DNA of 64,000 nucleotides from Callorhinchus milii (lineage: Eukaryota), in the NCBI RefSeq assembly GCF_018977255.1, contig NW_024704747.1:27962001-28026000 (forward strand), in the 5' to 3' direction. A model generated the notes under the pieces. That model saw only the letters and a program-made list of their open reading frames with translations. It searched no databases and was not told the origin of the DNA. Positions 13,447 to 24,822 of this stretch are shown here, piece by piece. Positions within the stretch are counted from its first letter, which is position 1; the number at the start of each line of letters is the position of its first letter. The position numbers and the translations under genes are program-made.

Positions 13447-14079
13447 TTTTATTTGTACAGTTTTTAGGGTTTTTTTTAGACTACGTGCTTGAATGTATGG
13501 GTGACTTGAGTGACTATCTGTAACTTTGGGGTCTAAATTGCAGGATTCTTAATAGCGTATGGAATCGAAATAGCTGAAATCTTAGGCATTTGCAGTGTGC
13601 ATCACTGGGAATAGAAAGTAACGTGTTAAGCTCTCCCAGACGCTGCCCAGTGCGACGGGCGCTATGTAAACGCAAGTTGTTGTTGTGGTGGTAACATGGC
13701 CACGCTTAACCTTAAGAAGAAAAGGTTTGAATTAAACACTCTCGTCTGCATCGTTGGACCAACTTCACCAGGACGTTGACACTGGAAACATTATTCCCTC
13801 TCTGGAACCTGAGAAAATCCACATCTTTATCGTTAATATATAACGATAATAATAATATTCCTTGCGGTTTGATGCAGCGCCTGATCACGTCTCCCAGACG
13901 TCTCAAAGCGCGTCACGAGATACACACCATAACCTCCTGCAATATACTATAAATCTACGCATGAAGTGAATCCGCTGTGTATTTTGGGGAGCGAAAACGT
14001 GGCAGCAGCGTCCCGCAAAAGCAACCGTGGCTCGAGTGGACCGAAACGATGGTGGGTTGGTATTGATTGAGCGAGTGAG

Positions 14080-14080
<1 letters not shown>

Positions 14081-14121
<41 letters not shown>

Positions 14122-14981
14122 TCTATCAGTGTTACATTCTTCTCACTGTGCAATACAGTGCAATAAACTACAAGACCCACAATCCAGCGACTTTGCAGAA
14201 AATCCGCCCAGTGTGTGAGTGTGTGTGTGTGTGTGTTGTGTGTTGTGTGTGTGTGTGTTCAGTTGCGCATAAACGCCCCTTTGAGCAGAGCTCTGTGTGT
14301 GTGTGTGTGTGTGGTGTGGGATCAAAGCTCTTATTGTGTGAATGTAACCAGCAAGAAGGAGGAAGAGAAGAAAGAGAGAGAGAGAGAGAGAAAGGAGGAG
14401 AAGAAGAAGAAGAAGGGGGAGAATCAACTAAAAAAAAAACCTGAACCAATGCAATGCACAGACTGGGAGTGCAACAGAGATTGTGCAAAGCAGAACAGTT
14501 AGAGCAGAAGCTGTTTCTTTGCTGAAATACTCCACATACAGTCAGGGCTGAGGGAGAGGGTTGGAAGAGAAGAGAAGAGAAGAGAAGAGAGAGAGAGAGG
14601 AGAAAAAAAAAACCCCCAACAGGAGAATGAAAGCAAAGAGACACTCATCGTGAATTGTTTTTTTCTCTCTCTCTCTCTCTGGGAAGGGGGTTCTGGATGC
14701 TGTTTTGGGGGGTGCAGTCCAGATGTTGATGCTGATGCTGATGCTGATGATGCTGGTGATGATGATGATGATGCCAGAGGCAGACCAGGAAGATTGCAGT
14801 TGGTTTCATGTCGGTTTCACTGCTGTTTGAGACACTGGGAACTGATCAGATTGGAGCTTTCCAAGAGTATTCGTGTGTGTGTGTGTGTGTACTGTGCACT
14901 GTAAGAGAGTGAGAGGGAAGGTGCTGTCTGCTCATTGCTGCTGTGTTTGCACAAAGCCCAAACAGGCAACATTATTGTTTA

Positions 14982-15013
<32 letters not shown>

Positions 15014-15096
15014 TTTTTTTGTTTGATTTGGCATCGGGATCCGCTTTCGAAAACTGGGCGGAAACCAGGATCGGAAATCCTCAACGCACGCACAAG

Positions 15097-15159
<63 letters not shown>

Positions 15160-15160
15160 G
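14081..15160. repeat. Microsatellite cluster: (GATT)n, (TG)n, (GA)n/(GAA)n, (GAAGA)n, (GATGCT)/(GAT)n, (ATT)n, (AAC/AGC)n
   Basis: Visible tracts at about 14081-14117, 14211-14315, 14355-14415, 14565-14600, 14722-14772, 14972-15012 and 15097-15159. Confidence 0.95.
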
Positions 15161-15211
15161 AGATTCCGTTTAGAGAGCGCCTTTCGCGTCGGGAGGACGT
15201 CCCGAGGCGCT
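15097..15211 (-). mobile_element. L2/SINE 3' tail remnant, antisense, immediately upstream of the FMNL2 ATG
   Basis: (AAC)n followed by AGCGCCTTTCGCGTCGGGAGGACGTCCCGAGGCGCT matches the same tail at 19538-19575, 22021-22070 and 43790-43850, and its reverse complement at 44497-44552. Confidence 0.8.
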
Positions 15212-15224
15212 CGTCAAGACAATA

Positions 15225-15341
15225 ATGGGAAATGCTGGGAGTATGGATTCCCAGCACACGGACCTCAGAGCGCACACTATGCCCCTGAAGCTGCCCATGC
15301 CTGAGCCAGGCGAACTGGAGGAGAGGTTCGTGATAGTATTG
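15225..15341 (+). CDS. FMNL2: Formin-like protein 2, first coding exon (39 codons, phase-0 donor)
   Basis: Translates to [39 protein letters not shown], nearly identical to the vertebrate FMNL2 N-terminus as I recall it ([39 protein letters not shown]). It has the N-myristoylation motif MGxxxS, a strong Kozak context (ataATGG), an in-frame upstream TAG at 15171, and a canonical donor TTG|GTGAGT at 15342. Confidence 0.95.
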
Positions 15342-16927
15342 GTGAGTAACGCATCATCTTTTTACCGATCCTGGCTTTTTTTTTTGGGTGGGGAGCGGGG
15401 GGTTTATTTATTTGAAACGGTCTCAAAAGGAATCACCCTCAACACAACTCTGCAACTGATCGATTCGTTCATTAATTCACGTGAGTTTAAAAAAAAGAGA
15501 GAGTTCCTTTATTCGTGCTCAAGTCGCTGCGATTGAATCCAATCATTAGCATTTTTTTTCTACGACGGGAATGCTAATAATAATGGAAATAATGGAATAA
15601 TTAAAATGAGCATTTTGTTACCGTCCTGGATGAAGCACTTTTTTTTTTACCCCCCCCCCCCCCCCAATTAAATGCTGTTTAATAATAATGTGACATATGT
15701 TTTGTGTGTGTGTGTGTGTATGTGTGTGTGTTTGTGGGTTATAAATAGAGGGTAAATAATTGTTTAACATGCAACATAGTAGCTCAACATCAGTTGGAGA
15801 TTTTGTGGACACAAGTGGAATACTATGAATGATTGTGATCATTTTACAAATGAAACACACACACACACACAAAAGTTCTGAACACTTGTGTTGTGTGGTG
15901 TGGTGTGGGTGCAGAGATACCTCACTCGCAAATCTCTTAGCACCTTGTGGAAGGCTTATTCCAAGGAGAACGAAACAAAACTTCGAGACCGTTGACAAAT
16001 TTATTTCTTTGGCCCTGATGGCAAAACTTCTCACAGAGCCAGAGAAATAATCTGTGCAGTACTCCCTAAAGGGGTGTGCGAGGGGGATGAGTGGGAAATG
16101 GAAATGTTCAGGATTGTGTGTGTCTAGAGTGCTTCACAACAACTGCAGTTTGGAACAGAGCAAACCTGATGAACTTTGGATGATAGCAGCAGATAGAAAG
16201 CTGGTTTGAATTAGAGGAACATTGAACCATTGCGATAGCCTTAGTTTTCGTTGAGATGGATTTGCAGCTGGTTGGTGTCAACGGTGCTGTTCTTTTGCTT
16301 TCGCTCTCTCCGTCTCTCCAGCGTTTCAAACATTGACCATGGAAATGGGGTGAGGCTTTCAGGAGAAGAGTTGGGCGTTTTTTCACTCCGTTTCCATGAA
16401 CTCAAAAACAAATTCGGGCTCTCAATCCATGGCTGTTTGTGGGGACGCTGCTGTGCTCAATTGGCCGCCGCGTTTCGCCCACAAAATATACAGTCGCTTT
16501 ACAGTATATTCTGTGAAGCGCTTTCAGACGTCTTGAAGACATGATAAGGCGCGATATCAAACACAAGGATTATTATTAATATTATTGTTATAACTTTCCG
16601 GCCAGAGTCCAGATTTGACTGTAGCCTTCCTTACAAGCCCTGCTGTCCTGTCTGCTATTGACCAACAAACACTCTACACAAGTATTACACAGCCAGCGTC
16701 TTGTTTTTTTTTGTTAGTTGGCTAAGTGTCAGGAGCACATTTTCTGGTCTACTGAATCCAATCTCATATTGAGTTTTGTAAAAAGGAATACAGTACAGTA
16801 CAGTTAGTGTGACGATGAGGGCAGTTATATTCATGGTAAAAACAAATTAGATAGATTTCTGTTAGGAAATAATATCTTGGGATACAGTATATAGTTTGGG
16901 ACATGACATGTCTGACCCGGACCAAAT

Positions 16928-17210
16928 GGATTGACTTCAAGATCCTCACTCTCGTGTTCAAATCCCTTCTCTCCCTGGCACTTCCCGACCTCTCCATCCT
17001 CCTCACTCCCCATCCACCACCCGGTGCCTCCACTCGGACTGGCACCGGCCTCCTGCTCGTCCCTCGCCCCCTCCGCCCCACCATCGGAGGTCGCGCTTTC
17101 AGCCACTACACCCCAAACTCTGGAACACTCTCCCTCAATCCCTCCGCCTTGCCCCCTCTCTCCCCTCTTTCAAGTCCCGCCTGAAAACTTTCCTCTTCAA
17201 CCGTGCTTAC
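16928..17210 (+). mobile_element. L2 LINE 3' fragment
   Basis: Encodes [13 protein letters not shown]...LLLVPR...GGRAFSHYTP and is homologous to the 45.5-45.8 kb copy. Confidence 0.85.
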
Positions 17211-18845
17211 GATCAAAGTGTTGGTGCTTGTTTGTGTGATTCCCATGATTCTTATTTTGTGCTCGACTTGATTCCGTTTGAATCTAATTGTGCAACTTCC
17301 CAAAAAGTAGAGCGTCAGTACAGTGGTGGGACAGTTCGATCTGACAGCCAGACATAGTGATGGCTTCCAACAACAACAACAGCTTGATTTATATAGTGCC
17401 TCTCACATCTGGAGGATGTCCCAAATGCAAGCTGAATGAATTAATTCCACTCCAACCTTGTAGAGTACAAGTGAGGTTGCTCAGTGTCCACACAAGTACC
17501 ACCACCCTCCCAGATCACTGTGGAACTGGATTGCATGTTCCACGCTGAAAGTTGGCATGGATATTTCTGCATTTACACCTTTCCCCCACTGAATCTAATA
17601 TCTGAATGATACAGTATATAGTTTGGGACAAGACATGGGCAAGCAACTGCCAGGATGGTGGAAGACAAACTGGATGGACCTGGGTCTTCTTTCGTCTCGC
17701 AGTTCTTATATCCACCTGGGATTATGAATTAAAATTCTGTCCTAGTAACGACTGCATAAGTAGTTTTGCTGATGTTTCTGTGAATGGTAATTGTGTACTG
17801 CGGTCTCCAGCTAATAAAGAGGGAATATTATATGAGGGTAGGAGTAATGCAAATTTTATTTCCGTGAAAAATGATGAAGTGATGAGCGATCTACAGTCTC
17901 ATGAGTAGAAATGAAAATAATGTTGCACAGACCTCTGCAAGGCATTGTTCTTAATAGTCAGTTGGTCGTATTATTTTCTGTTTCTTAGTAATGTGATACT
18001 CACCTGCGGGTAGTTCCCATGTTGATAGCATTGCACAGTGTATTGTAGAGTTGATTGACAAAGGTCCTCTGCATGATTAGAAGCTTTTAAAAGAAAGAAC
18101 CTTATCTATATTTAGACTTAAAAAAATGTGAATATTGTTTGAAGTGTACAAACGAAACCAGTGATTTATGGTTCATAAATACTGCTCCCTTCATGGCAAT
18201 TTTATTGGCTTTCATTTTGCAGATGTGAAGCGAAAATGCAATTCACTTTTGATTGCCCTAGTAGGTTATCTGTCTCTGACAGTTACACATTAAAGCAATA
18301 ATGAACTGCCAGTAATGTCATATCCTTCCACATATTATCATATGTGTGTCTTTAAAATATATCGTATTATACAGATGTGTGTGTGTCCTTTTAAAGTAAC
18401 TTTTTTTTAAAATGCAAGTTGAGAAATATGGAATAATTGATCAAACAACTAATCAATCAAACAACATGGAGAAGTTACTCGTAAGAACGTAGAGTAAGCA
18501 TAGCATGAGAAGAGCTCACATTGAGGCCACTCCTAACAATCCATGTACAGTCATCGATTCCTCACAACATTGTACAACCTCAGGAGGAAGTTGAATAACT
18601 GTGTGTACGCGTTAGTCTGTGAGGTTTTACCTTGTCCCCTCAGGTAACTGAGTCAAGCCTGCAGGATATGAATCTTACATTACGATCTGCGTAGTCAGCT
18701 ACGACTCATTACATTCCGCACATGTGGTTCACATGTTCCCTTGTGTTGATGAGACTCGTTCCGATTCATTTTCAACGAGATATCAATGCCCTCTCTCTAA
18801 ATCGGTAGTCATGCCACACGACTTACATCAATTTCAAATAGTTTT

Positions 18846-18955
18846 GGGAACGCTCAGCAGGTCAGGCAGCATCTACGGAGAAAGGAAAGTGAGTCAATGT
18901 TTCGGGTCTGTGACCCTTCATCAGAGCTTCGCCTGACCCTTCTGCAGTATTTTGC
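18846..18955 (-). mobile_element. Second Penelope-like short element with hammerhead core (18891-18924) and an inverted remnant (18931-18955)
   Basis: Minus strand reads CUGAUGA-A-GGGUC ACA GACCC-GAAA-C-AUU-GACUC. The following GCCTGACC..TCTGCAGTATTTTGC is reverse-complementary to other parts of the same element (compare 63564-63619). Confidence 0.6.
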
Positions 18956-20197
18956 GTTCTGTGGATTGCGAAATCTCTTCTAGGAGGTGGTTTCCAATTG
19001 GAGTTGATGTGCCTGACTCCAACATGGCCCCCGTCTGATTGAGGCTGACACATCGCCAACTTTTGAACTTTTTTTTAACAAAAAGTTGTGAGTTTAAGCT
19101 CCTGGATCTTACTAACTTTTTAAGAATCCTGACGGAGTCTTCGTTAACTTCAAGAATTAACTGGCATTTGACAGCAATCACAGCACCAATGCTTACCATT
19201 AATTAATTACATACGATTAATTAGTATGTTGTTTCACCCGCGAAATACACAGTCAATCCACTTTACAGGATATTCTGTGAAGTGCTTCGAGATGTCTCGA
19301 CGACGTGAAAAGGGCGCTATATCAAATGTAAAGATTATTATTACCTCTGCACCATGCATGTGTGGAAATCTACTTTCCTGACACTCCATTGCAGACCAGA
19401 ACAGTTTGGAGCTGATGGTATATAACAATGCTTTTCAGGCTCCAAATTGCTGTTAGAGAGTCACAACATCAAATTGGTAGATAGCTGTCAGTAGCGTAAC
19501 TGTAGAAGTACAATACAATACAAAATAACATTTGCAAAGCGCCTTTCACGTCGGGAGGACATCCCAAGGAGCTGGATATAGCATTACCTCTCTGATTGGT
19601 GACTTCATTGATGTGAAAATGCTTGACCCTCTCAATTTAGCATCGCATTTTATGACCGTATTGATTATTTGAGAGGAAACAGCTTGATATTGAGATGATA
19701 CGTTCAGCGAGGAAGCTACTCAACTTTTTTTGGACACAGACAAAATACACTAAACTGATAACTCATGACTCCAAGAGCAAAGAGCTCAGTAACAAGTTAT
19801 CCGGAGTGGTGAGGTAGGCATATGTATAAATACATTAAAAAAATCAAGGCCAGGGTATTGACATTATGATGACTTAACTGGTGGTGATACGTTAAGCCAG
19901 GGTCGAGTTATGAAACATTTACTGCATATTGGGAGCAGTGATAGGATGCAGAAGTCAGCCAAAGAATCATATAGATGGTGTGTATGACTTTTCATTCAGC
20001 ACTTGCATTTCCTACAGGTCTGTAAAGAATAATCATTAAACATAAGAGAAAGAAAATCAAATCACAAGGCCGTTCTATAAATAAGCACTTACTATTGGAG
20101 CAAATTTGCCTACAAAGTATACACAAAATCTGCAGGTAGAAATATTTTAAGATGTTTCTAATAGTGACGTTATTCCTTAAATTTAACATGTCACAAG

Positions 20198-20405
20198 AAG
20201 TGGAATGCGTTGCTTGAGAGAGTGGTGGAAGCAGATTTGATAGTAGGTTTCAAAAGGGAATTGAATAGGTGCTTAAAAAGGAAATATTCGTAGGGCTATG
20301 GAGTAAAGGGTGGGGGAGTGGGACTAGTTGGTGGCTCTTTCAAAGAGCCGACACAGGCTCGATGGGCTGAATGGCCTCTTTGTGCGCTGTAAGATTCTAT
20401 GATTC
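20198..20405 (+). mobile_element. CR1 LINE 3' end (second family)
   Basis: Encodes WNALLERVVEADLIVGFKRELNRCL, followed by CGATGGGCTGAATGGCCTC and a GATTCTATGATTC tail. Confidence 0.88.
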
Positions 20406-21235
20406 AATTTGCTAATAATGCTGAGTTAATTTAGTCCAATTTAAAAAGTGTACAAAGTGCAGTAATCCCGTTTAACAGACCTCTCAGGATCTGTGCCAGA
20501 AGCTATTACGTATGCAGTGGAGAGTTGCGTTCACTTTCTTGTTTAGATTCACCGGGAATAAATTCTGGTGCAAATAATCAGATTGTGACCTGAATACTGT
20601 CATCCCCGTTTTTGCCATAAGTTTTGTTGAAAACAAAGTGGGTATTTTCTTTTCAAAAGGCAACTCGGAAGCTTTACGTATCACACAGTTTGCACTGAGT
20701 CGCGAATGAACCCATTCTGTCAAAATGCATGTGTCACTTGCTTCTGCCTTCAGTTCGTTGAGAATAGCCTGAAAGAATGCGTTAAGCTGGGCCTAATAAA
20801 AGGGCATGATGTAGGCACGATTATATGTGTTATTCACTTTGTTAGAAAGCACTGACTCCATGGGTTGTAATGTGAATGCGTATTATCCAAATATCAAATT
20901 TGACAATATACTGGATAAGAATTGCAACCGTCTGCGTTTGTTGAATCAGCAGACAGTATGCCTGACTTCACATTTTATACATCAGATAATTCCTAATAAT
21001 GATGGCAGAAACAAGACTAACAGCTAATTGTACATGGCCAGTGATAGAATTGAGATACTTGGCTCACGTAAACAGCAGCGGCCAGAATTGATCATGTCAA
21101 ATTCAGCTCACATTAGTGCAACAACCCGGTTCATCAGGCTTTATCAATTAAGTTACATTTGCATTTAAATATTGAGAGCCGGTTTGGCAAAAAGGTTTAG
21201 CTCTCAATGTCGTACAGGAAAAAGGTTCAGATAAA

Positions 21236-21450
21236 TGGAATCTGGACTGCATTGCCTGAAAGGGTGGTGGAAGCCGAATGGATAACAGCTTTTAAGAGAG
21301 AAGTACATAATTAGTTGGGGAGGACAAGTTCGCAGGGCTATGGGTAGAGCGCGGGTGAGTGGGATTTAATTGAATAGCTCTTTTCAAAGAGCGGGCACAG
21401 ACACGATGGGCCGAATGGCCTCCTTCTGTTGTGTATAGTTCTAGGATTCT
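21236..21450 (+). mobile_element. CR1 LINE 3' end (second family)
   Basis: Encodes IWTALPERVVEAEWITAFKRE, followed by ACGATGGGCCGAATGGCCTCCTTCTG. Confidence 0.85.
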
Positions 21451-22002
21451 AAATGTGTTTCTACTTTAGAGTGAAGATGCACTTATTGCTTCGAGATAGT
21501 GCCCACAGGCACATGACCCAACTGGCCTGACGTAATTGGAATATTTTAATTTAGCTACTTGATTTTGCTGTGGTTTTCAGTTCTTCCATGGATTGGCAAC
21601 ATTTCAAGAAAATGTTAGTGTATTCCGAAATAAAACTTGGTGATTAAAGATTGTGTGTCTCTCATATATATCATTCAGGTTGTAAAATTCACCCCCAGCA
21701 GCTCTTTCAGCCATGCTTTAAGCAATGATCAATAATGGTGATTCTTCAGTCTGAGAACTATAACTCTACAAGGGAGTGCTGTCTAGGAGATCGAGGAGGC
21801 TTATGCTCACTTGACATTGGTGTTGTCGGGTTTTTATGTGAAGAAAAGTAATTCAACAGCATATTATGTAGATTTCTTTTAGGAAATAATATCTTGGGTT
21901 ATAGTATGCATGTGCATGTAACTACCAGGATGATGGAAGGCAAGCTGGAGGGACTCTAGTCTTCTTTTGTTCAGTAATTCTTACACCTATTTTCTGCAGT
22001 TT

Positions 22003-22333
22003 ATAATAATAATAATAATCCTTGCATTTGATATAGCGCTTTTCACGTCGGGAGGACGTCCCAAAGCATTTCACAGAACACACTCTAAAGTGAATTGACT
22101 GTATATTTGTGGGCGAACGCGGCAGCCAATTGCGCACAACAATGTCCCACAAACAGTCATGGATTGAAAATGACCAATTTATTATTGTTTTTGGTTTTGG
22201 AGGGATTATTATTAGGCTCTGTGTGGAGTAAGGAAACTTGCCCAAGGTTTCACCCTCTGCCTGGGATTGAACTCAGGTCTCTCACTTGCAAAGCGAGTGC
22301 TCTAACCACAGAGCTACAGGACTCCACGCAGGA
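22003..22333 (-). mobile_element. tRNA-derived SINE, complete ends (short variant)
   Basis: tRNA-like head with a TGC anticodon loop at about 22260-22325, body, and (ATT)n tail. A possible TTATA target-site duplication lies at 22001 and 22335. Confidence 0.9.
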
Positions 22334-22489
22334 CTTATAGGGGTAAAAGGGACTGTTTTCTTACTGTTGAAGCCCATATTTTGGATTTGATAATCCAGTA
22401 ATATTGAAGGTCTGTGAAAAAAGTAGAAAAAATATAGAAATATTACAGTATTACAGTAAATACAGTAAATACTGTAATACAATAAAGCA

Positions 22490-22810
22490 AAAGACCTGAG
22501 TTCTATTCCCAGGAGGGTGAAATGTTGGCCAAGTTTCCTTACTCCACACAGCTCTGTTTACCTAGCAGTAAGTTGGAACCTGGTTGTTAGTCGATTGGTG
22601 GATCGCTTTTCCGGGGATAATAGTCCCTAAAAAAAATAATAATTTGGTCACTCAATCAACGACTGTTTGAGGGACACTGCTGTGTGCAATTGGCCGCCAC
22701 GTTTCGCCCACGAAATATAGTCAATTCACTTTACAATATATCCTGTGAAGTGCTTTGAGACGTCTCGAAGACATGAAAAGAGCTATATCAAATGCAAGGA
22801 TTATTTATTG
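22490..22810 (+). mobile_element. tRNA-derived SINE, near full length (long variant), head-to-head with the previous copy
   Basis: B-box remnant GAGTTCTATTCCC, central TGTTTACCTAGCAGTAAG segment, and L2-type tail. Confidence 0.9.
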
Positions 22811-24429
22811 ATTTATTATGATACTAACACTTCCCAGATGTCTTGAGGTTTAATTTCAGTTGCTTCTTTTGACGGAATCCTCACTTTGTGATCTTTTAGG
22901 AACATAGTACTTTTCATCTCCTCAGAGGCTTAAGTGATACATTCAAAAATAACCCAATGGTACATTGTGAAGGAAAGGAAACTATGAATATTCTAACTCT
23001 GACTGACCAGCTGTCCAAACAACCAAAAGTTCTGGTTGCTACTGTTATCTCTGAATGTTGCTTTTTGCCTTTTGTTTTATTTAAAACCATTTTTTTTNAC
23101 CAACTTACATCGGCCATTTCATTCATAAGAGTCTTGTCTCTGTCTAAATATTTTAATCATTCCTATCAAATCTAATATTAATTCTTGCGTTTGATGCGGC
23201 GCCTTATCATGTCTTCGAGACGTCTCAAAGCGCTTCACAGAATATGCTGTAAAGTGAATTAGCTGTGTATATTGCGGGCGAAACTAAAGTCGATATAAGG
23301 TCTTATTAAGCTTAACTTCATTTCAAACAAGTCTCTTTGGGCTGAACTGTCATAATTGTTCTCTGTCAACTTTATCTTGATGCTTTTGTTTAAGAAAACA
23401 GAAGCCAGCTATTTTGTTTACCTCCTCCCAGTTGATTATACAGTACAGCCATGAGGGATGGCATTGTCATAATGCCACCAGGCATCGAGCCAGTTGTTTC
23501 TGTTTACATGGTGCCACTTCAAGCTCGACCACTCTATAATCAGAGGGGAGAGAGGGTAAATATAATTATTTCATTGTCGTGGATTAGGCTTTTGCATAAA
23601 ACGTCCCTTTATTACGCTACTTTTCTCTGACCGAGAGGATTGGGCTGGAGGTGTAGTCCTGGAGCTCTGTCAGTCAACGCCACTCAGATAGCCTGAAGTT
23701 GACATGGGGTATTTTGCTCTCTACCTCACCCCTTCCCTATGCCACAGAAAAGTCCCAGGTTCTTTCTCTTGAATGTGCTATCAGCTGATCTCAACCAGGC
23801 TGAGCTAGATCTTTAACCGGTTTCACTGACCCCAGGCTAAAGGAGAGGTGCAATCAGCCAAGGCTTCTGAAACTGATAGAAAGTGCGCATATGAATGTTG
23901 GGTGAGGATGGCGCTCAAGGTGATACCCACAGTGAGATTATCTGTTAACGTTTGCTGTCTGGGTTCACGTGAGGAGTATCTCCTTGGGCCAGCGACTAGA
24001 GGCTACCAATGCAGGCAAAAGCCATACATATTAAGGGCTGAGCCAGCAGCATTGACAGAAAAGGGGTCAATCAGAATGCTCGTCCCTCATTCAAGGTGGC
24101 TTCATGTTAAATGATCTAATGTTTGGGGCCGCAGAGTCACAAGGCGTGAATGTGTTTGCGTCCTTCTTCACATGGGCAGTTCCTGGTGTCATGGGGTGGG
24201 GGAACGAAGCAGCAAGTGGGAGCGAGTTATTATCACAACGCCAGCAGCCAGTTAGCAAGTGGAGTTGCACAAGTCTGGTAGCCAGGCTGACTCCCTTTCT
24301 CCCGGGTGAGGAACGCTACAGGCTGTAGGGACATTAGGGTATGAGGACAGAGAGAAATCTCTTCAATTGATTGAAATGATTGTAGTTGATGTTGTAATTG
24401 AAAGCAGGGTCAGCAATTTTCCTCTGTTG

Positions 24430-24432
<3 letters not shown>

Positions 24433-24498
<66 letters not shown>
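24433..24498. repeat. Perfect (ATT)n microsatellite, about 22 units
   Basis: Directly visible. A (TG)n(CT)n compound tract follows at about 24794-24843. Confidence 0.97.
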
Positions 24499-24788
24499 GT
24501 GCCTGTACATGTGCACCTGCCTACACCCATACTGTATACTGTTCCCATCTGTTTCTGCCACTTTTGACTTGCACGTTTCAAAAAGAAAAGAGTATTTCGT
24601 GGAATTACACTCCTTTCTCTCAGACTGTCATTGTTCCCTTCAGACTCTCTCCTTGGGTCACATTTTCCCCTCCCCCACTTGTAGCTTAATTGTTGATAAG
24701 AATGTCCTTTTTCCCTCACTGACTTGGTTTACCACTTGTGCTCTCGCTCTCTCTTTGGTATTCGTCTCAGTTTATTGTGTTTTAAATG

Positions 24789-24822
<34 letters not shown>

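Larger units (their letters stand above)
640..14045. mobile_element. Dispersed 5'-truncated copies of the same SINE upstream of the gene (summary span)
   Basis: Tails at about 640-680(+), 2864-2962(+), 6121-6232(-), 7388-7521(+), 8513-8630(-), 9941-10055(-), 10274-10360(-), 12297-12398(-), 13259-13394(-) and 13845-14045(-). Confidence 0.85.
13850..15224 (+). promoter_or_regulatory. Putative FMNL2 promoter/5'UTR region
   Basis: Lies directly upstream of exon 1. CpG is locally retained (13860-14050, 15030-15350) against a CpG-depleted background. Simple repeats are dense. The TSS cannot be placed from sequence. Confidence 0.6.

Noticed and set aside
14873-15304. ORFs with poly-I/T, poly-Y/N and poly-L runs, including one whose TAA overlaps the FMNL2 ATG (TAATG)
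   Set aside because: These are microsatellite translations. The + strand ones start at GTG/TTG, so there is no evidence for a real uORF.
15342-15536. Extension of the FMNL2 ORF to 103 aa
   Set aside because: Similarity ends at the GTGAGT donor. The remainder is intron read-through.
23098-23098. Single N base
   Set aside because: Assembly ambiguity after a T run, with no biological signal.
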